From NCBI GenBank assembly GCA_016189025.1, contig JACPGS010000029.1:15911-79910 (forward strand): 64,000 bases of DNA, in the 5' to 3' direction. Position numbers and translations under genes: made by a program. This document shows, in pieces, positions 63,674 to 64,000 of the stretch; position 1 is the first letter of the stretch, and every line of letters begins with the position of its first letter. This DNA comes from Candidatus Magasanikiibacteriota bacterium. Lineage in GTDB: Bacteria > Patescibacteriota > Patescibacteriia > Magasanikbacterales > GWA2-37-8. The notes beneath the pieces were generated by a model. That model was not told where the DNA came from, did no database searches, and worked only from the letters and a program-made list of their open reading frames with translations.

Positions 63674-64000
63674 ATCGTACACCTCCTTTCTTAAATCGCG
63701 CGGCGCCGGAAGCGCCAGGCGCGCGGTGATGCAGTATCGCGTGAGTCGCTATATGTTTAGTGAGAATTCCCTAGGGAGTATTCCCACTCTCCCCGACCCC
63801 GTTTGATTCCGAGGAAAATTTTTTACCCGACAAGCATGGGGGTAAAATTTTCTTTCGACCTGATGAATATATTATAGAGTGTTTTGCAATAAAAATAAAT
63901 AGCGTCAAGCAAAGTTATGCACAGGGGGGGGGAAAATCGGAAAAAATTTATCAGTACGTTTTGTAAAATCAATTTAGAAATTAAAAAACCACCTCTCTTT

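Overview
Chromosomal segment that reads like a Patescibacteria/CPR (Parcubacteria-like) genome. This is an inference from the gene set, the compact RpoB/RpoC and the mostly SD-less AT-rich starts. Housekeeping genes include recA, ftsK, rpoB-rpoC, yebC, ruvC, ileS, rpe and rpiB. Accessory content includes four toxin-antitoxin-type pairs plus a Fic protein, a speA/DHS-like/speB polyamine cluster and a three-part citrate-cleavage (ATP-citrate lyase-like) set. The main feature is a complete diversity-generating retroelement (DGR) at 46.9-49.5 kb. It has a 156-aa target, a 117-bp VR/TR pair whose 20 mismatches all sit at TR adenines, a downstream hairpin and an RT. Its avd lies antisense and overlaps the RT 5' end across a shared G13/C13 run, a candidate phase-variable switch. 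Other unexplained structure: a ~215-nt rod-shaped ncRNA candidate (6S-like) divergent from rpoB, a 16-aa basic micro-ORF with a structured leader, a MITE-like repeat with covarying stems, an attC-like cassette and GC-rich gene units with repeated leader and hairpin motifs. All calls come from reading the sequence by eye; no searches were run.
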